From the NCBI GenBank assembly GCA_963705545.1, contig CAVPJX010000001.1, forward strand, positions 1,093,246 to 1,157,245: DNA of 64,000 nucleotides. Direction: 5' to 3'. The first letter of the stretch is position 1. Each line of letters opens with the position of its first letter. The DNA is from an uncultured Actinomycetes bacterium (GTDB lineage: Bacteria; Actinomycetota; UBA4738; HRBIN12). Positions 61,648 to 64,000 of this stretch are shown here, in pieces. The position numbers and the translations under genes were made by a program. The notes beneath the pieces are model-generated. The model had not been told where the DNA came from, ran no database searches, and saw nothing but the letters and a program-made list of their open reading frames with translations.

Positions 61648-62141
61648 GCCGTCGCCCCCCACGCCGCGACGCCGTGTTCGAGCCGTTCCCACCGCTCCGC
61701 CCAGGAGGGACCGCTCGCTGAAAGGACGACGCGCCGCACGTCGGAACCGGGATCGGGCTCGGACAGCTCCACCTGCAGGCGCTCGGGGGGCAGCACGTCG
61801 CCGACGGCGTCGCCCCACTCGACGAGGAGGATCGTGTGGCCCGCGTCGAGCAGCTCGTCGAGTCCGAGGTCGAGCACGTCCTGCACGCGGTCCAGGCGGT
61901 AGACGTCCGCGTGGATCATGTCGAGGCGCCCGCCGCCGTACTCCCGGACCAGCGTGAACGTCGGCGACGCGACCGGATCCTCGGACCCGAGCCCTTGCGC
62001 GATGCCCTGGACGAGGGTCGTCTTCCCGGCCCCCAGCTCGCCGGTGAGGATCCCCGTGTCGCCGGCACGGAAGACGTCGGCGAGCGCGCGGCCGATCGCC
62101 CGCGTTTCGTCCGCCGTCGCCGACCGGAGCTCGATCCCCAT
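61644..62141 (-). CDS. tsaE: tRNA threonylcarbamoyladenosine biosynthesis ATPase TsaE
   Basis: GELGAGKTT Walker A and conserved SPTFTL motif. ATG is the complement of 62139-62141. Confidence 0.85.
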   Translation of the reverse strand: MGIELRSATADETRAIGRALADVFRAGDTGILTGELGAGKTTLVQGIAQGLGSEDPVASPTFTLVREYGGGRLDMIHADVYRLDRVQDVLDLGLDELLDAGHTILLVEWGDAVGDVLPPERLQVELSEPDPGSDVRRVVLSASGPSWAERWERLEHGVAAWGATA

Positions 62142-62773
62142 CAGAAGAGCCCCAGCTGCTCCTCGGGCTCGGGGGGCAGGACGACGGTCTCGGGCGTGGG
62201 CGGGTTCAGGGTCCGATCGATCGTCGCGCGGACGATCCCGAAGTCGTCCTGCAGCTCCTGGAACTGCCGCGAACCCTCGCCGCCTCCGTGCAGGATCGCG
62301 GCGGGGTGGAACGTGGGGATCACCCAACGACCGTGCCAGGGGAACGTCTGACCTCGCACGCGCGTGATCCCCTGCTTCGTGTTCAGGACGAACCTCGTGG
62401 CGAAGTTCCCGAGCGTGACGACGACGGACGGCTGCACGATCGAGATCGTCTCCACGAGCCAGGGCGTGCACGCCTCGATCTCGTCCGGCAAGGGATCCCG
62501 GTTGCCGGGCGGGCGGCATCGCAGGACGTTCGCGATGTATACCTCGCGACGCTCGAGACCGATGCCGTTCAGGACCTTCGTCAGCAGCTGACCTGCGGCG
62601 CCGACGAACGGCTCGCCCTGCTTGTCCTCGTGGAACCCCGGCGCCTCGCCGATCAGCATCAGGTCGGCGTCCGCGGCGCCGACGCCGAAGACGACCTGGG
62701 TGCGGGTCTCCGACAACCGGCATCGGGTGCACGTGGATGCCTCGAGGGCGACCTCGGCGAGCGCCCGGGTCAC
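62141..62773 (-). CDS. uracil-DNA glycosylase, family 4 (Fe-S type)
   Basis: [18 protein letters not shown] and GEAPG motifs plus the HPAAILH C-terminal motif. GTG start. Confidence 0.8.
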   Translation of the reverse strand: MTRALAEVALEASTCTRCRLSETRTQVVFGVGAADADLMLIGEAPGFHEDKQGEPFVGAAGQLLTKVLNGIGLERREVYIANVLRCRPPGNRDPLPDEIEACTPWLVETISIVQPSVVVTLGNFATRFVLNTKQGITRVRGQTFPWHGRWVIPTFHPAAILHGGGEGSRQFQELQDDFGIVRATIDRTLNPPTPETVVLPPEPEEQLGLF

Positions 62774-63810
62774 GTGACTGCCCCGTCCGCGACCGCCGGA
62801 GCCCCCGGGACGCCGGTCGCCGCCCGGACGCCGCGCCGGATCGCCTCGGCGACCGCCTCGGCCGCGAGCTCGGGGAGCCTGGTCCGATCGGCCTCGGCCT
62901 CGCCCGTCGCGAGGGCGAACGCGACGTCGCCGTCCCAATGGGTGTGGGCCGGGCGAACGGCGAGCGCCAACCCGTCGTGAGCCGCGTAGGTCAGCCTGAG
63001 GGCGTGCGGGAGCGAGAGCCGGGCGTTCGTCGCCACGCAGACGAGCGTGGTGTTCGCGATCGGCCACATCGTCGGCGTCGCATCGGGGTCACCCCGGTTC
63101 GCGGCGAGCGACGAGCCGTCCTCCTCCACGATGCGCCCCAGCGCGTTCACGGCCGCCAGCGCCCCCACGATCACGTCACCGTACCGCGTCGAGGCCGACC
63201 CCACGCCGCCCTTCATCCCCATGCGGGGGTCCGGGAGCTTCGCGACGGTCGCGCCCGTTCCCGCACCGACCGAGCCTTCGAGGGGCGGCCCCTCGTCGGC
63301 CGCCTCGCAGGCGGCGTAGCCCGCATCCGCGTCCGGCCGGGCGTTCGGGTCTCCGACGCCGAGGTCGAACAGCACGGCGCCCGCGACGATCGGGATCCGT
63401 GCCGGGCCCGCCCGGAACCCTCGGCCCCGCTCCTCGAGCCAGCGCTGGACCCCGACCGCGGCCGCGAGCCCGAAGCCGCTGCCGCCGGTCAACAGGACCG
63501 CGTCGACCCCCGTCCCGATCGACCCGGGACGGAGCCCGTCGGTCCCGACGGTCGCGGGGGCTCCGCCGCGGGCCTCGGCGGCGCCGACCGTGCCCTCGGG
63601 CGTGAGGATGACGGTGCAGCCGGTGATCCCCACCGGATCCGTCCAGTGCCCGACCCGGATCCCGGGGACGTCGGTGATCAAGCGGTGCCCCGCTCGCCGG
63701 CCGGGCGACGGCGCGCCTTCGGTGGCGACTTCGGGTCGCCCGTCGCCGAGGTGCCGGAACGCGCCCGACGACGCGACGTGGGCTTCGTCGCCGTCGGCGC
63801 GCGCACGCAT
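62770..63810 (-). CDS. P1 family peptidase (DmpA/L-aminopeptidase-like, Ntn hydrolase)
   Basis: [15 protein letters not shown]-terminal block and self-processing GxT region. The true start is probably downstream of 63810 because the ORF head overlaps the next gene's tail. Confidence 0.65.
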   Translation of the reverse strand: MRARADGDEAHVASSGAFRHLGDGRPEVATEGAPSPGRRAGHRLITDVPGIRVGHWTDPVGITGCTVILTPEGTVGAAEARGGAPATVGTDGLRPGSIGTGVDAVLLTGGSGFGLAAAVGVQRWLEERGRGFRAGPARIPIVAGAVLFDLGVGDPNARPDADAGYAACEAADEGPPLEGSVGAGTGATVAKLPDPRMGMKGGVGSASTRYGDVIVGALAAVNALGRIVEEDGSSLAANRGDPDATPTMWPIANTTLVCVATNARLSLPHALRLTYAAHDGLALAVRPAHTHWDGDVAFALATGEAEADRTRLPELAAEAVAEAIRRGVRAATGVPGAPAVADGAVT

Positions 63811-64000
63811 CGATCGGCGAACCGCTCGATGGCCCGGTTCAGCTCCTCGGGCCGCTCCAGCATCGCGATGTGGCCGGCGCCGGGCAGGATCGTGAGCTCA
63901 CCCTGCGGCAGCCCCCCCGCCAGCTCGACGGCCGCGGCCGGCGGGGTCACGCGATCGTGCTCCCCCACGATCACGAGGGCCGGCACCACGACCCGCGGCA
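63678..64000 (-). CDS. alpha/beta hydrolase fold protein, 3' part only (start lies beyond the window)
   Basis: PALVIVGEHDRVTPP...LPGAGHIAMLERPEE is the conserved C-terminal His region of alpha/beta hydrolases. The exact stop is uncertain. Confidence 0.45.
   Translation of the reverse strand, partial: PRVVVPALVIVGEHDRVTPPAAAVELAGGLPQGELTILPGAGHIAMLERPEELNRAIERFADRCVRAPTATKPTSRRRARSGTSATGDPKSPPKARRRPAGERGTA

Overview
This is a high-GC (about 70%) actinobacterial-type chromosomal segment, judged from frequent GTG starts, 4-nt GTGA/ATGA gene overlaps, a GuaB3-type IMPDH paralog, a CGNR zinc-finger regulator, a class E sortase and a CIRCE-controlled groES-groEL. Positions 1-38,000 are mostly intact core metabolism. 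They hold a TCA cluster (sdhB 3' end, two paralogous isocitrate-DH-like genes flanking mdh, a short citrate synthase), a folate/purine operon (purN-purH-folD-metF-amidohydrolase), sucCD preceded by an orphan B12-binding mutase subunit, pcrA, guaB3-guaA, a stand-alone APS kinase (cysC) overlapping an alkaline-phosphatase-family phosphodiesterase, Leu/Val dehydrogenase, TetR and groES/groEL. The groES 5' end and its CIRCE operator are tandemly duplicated (128 bp x2). Positions 38,400-59,400 form an accessory surface-glycan locus that carries five sulfotransferase-family genes, each with both PAPS-binding motifs. Alongside them are a GT2, a GT4, a Wzx flippase, a Wzy-like polymerase/ligase, a Wzz/BY-kinase, a GalE-like epimerase and a secreted NHL/RTX Ca-binding protein. 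Together with the orphan cysC at 31,300 this looks like a candidate pathway for a multiply sulfated cell-surface glycan, which I regard as the most interesting, apparently undescribed system here. Parts of the accessory DNA are visibly decayed or error-laden. The disrupted genes are the Wzx gene, a WecB/TagA GT, an epimerase with an in-frame TGA, a beta-propeller/IPT-TIG protein, a pyruvate-kinase-like gene with in-frame TGA and TAG, a DMFase-like gene and the 5' end of a phospholipase-C-like gene. The window ends with tsaD-rimI-tsaB-tsaE-udg-P1 peptidase in a chain of overlapping genes. No CRISPR array, tRNA, rRNA or transposase was recognised. Many long ORFs in the track are GC-driven shadow ORFs and were ignored.
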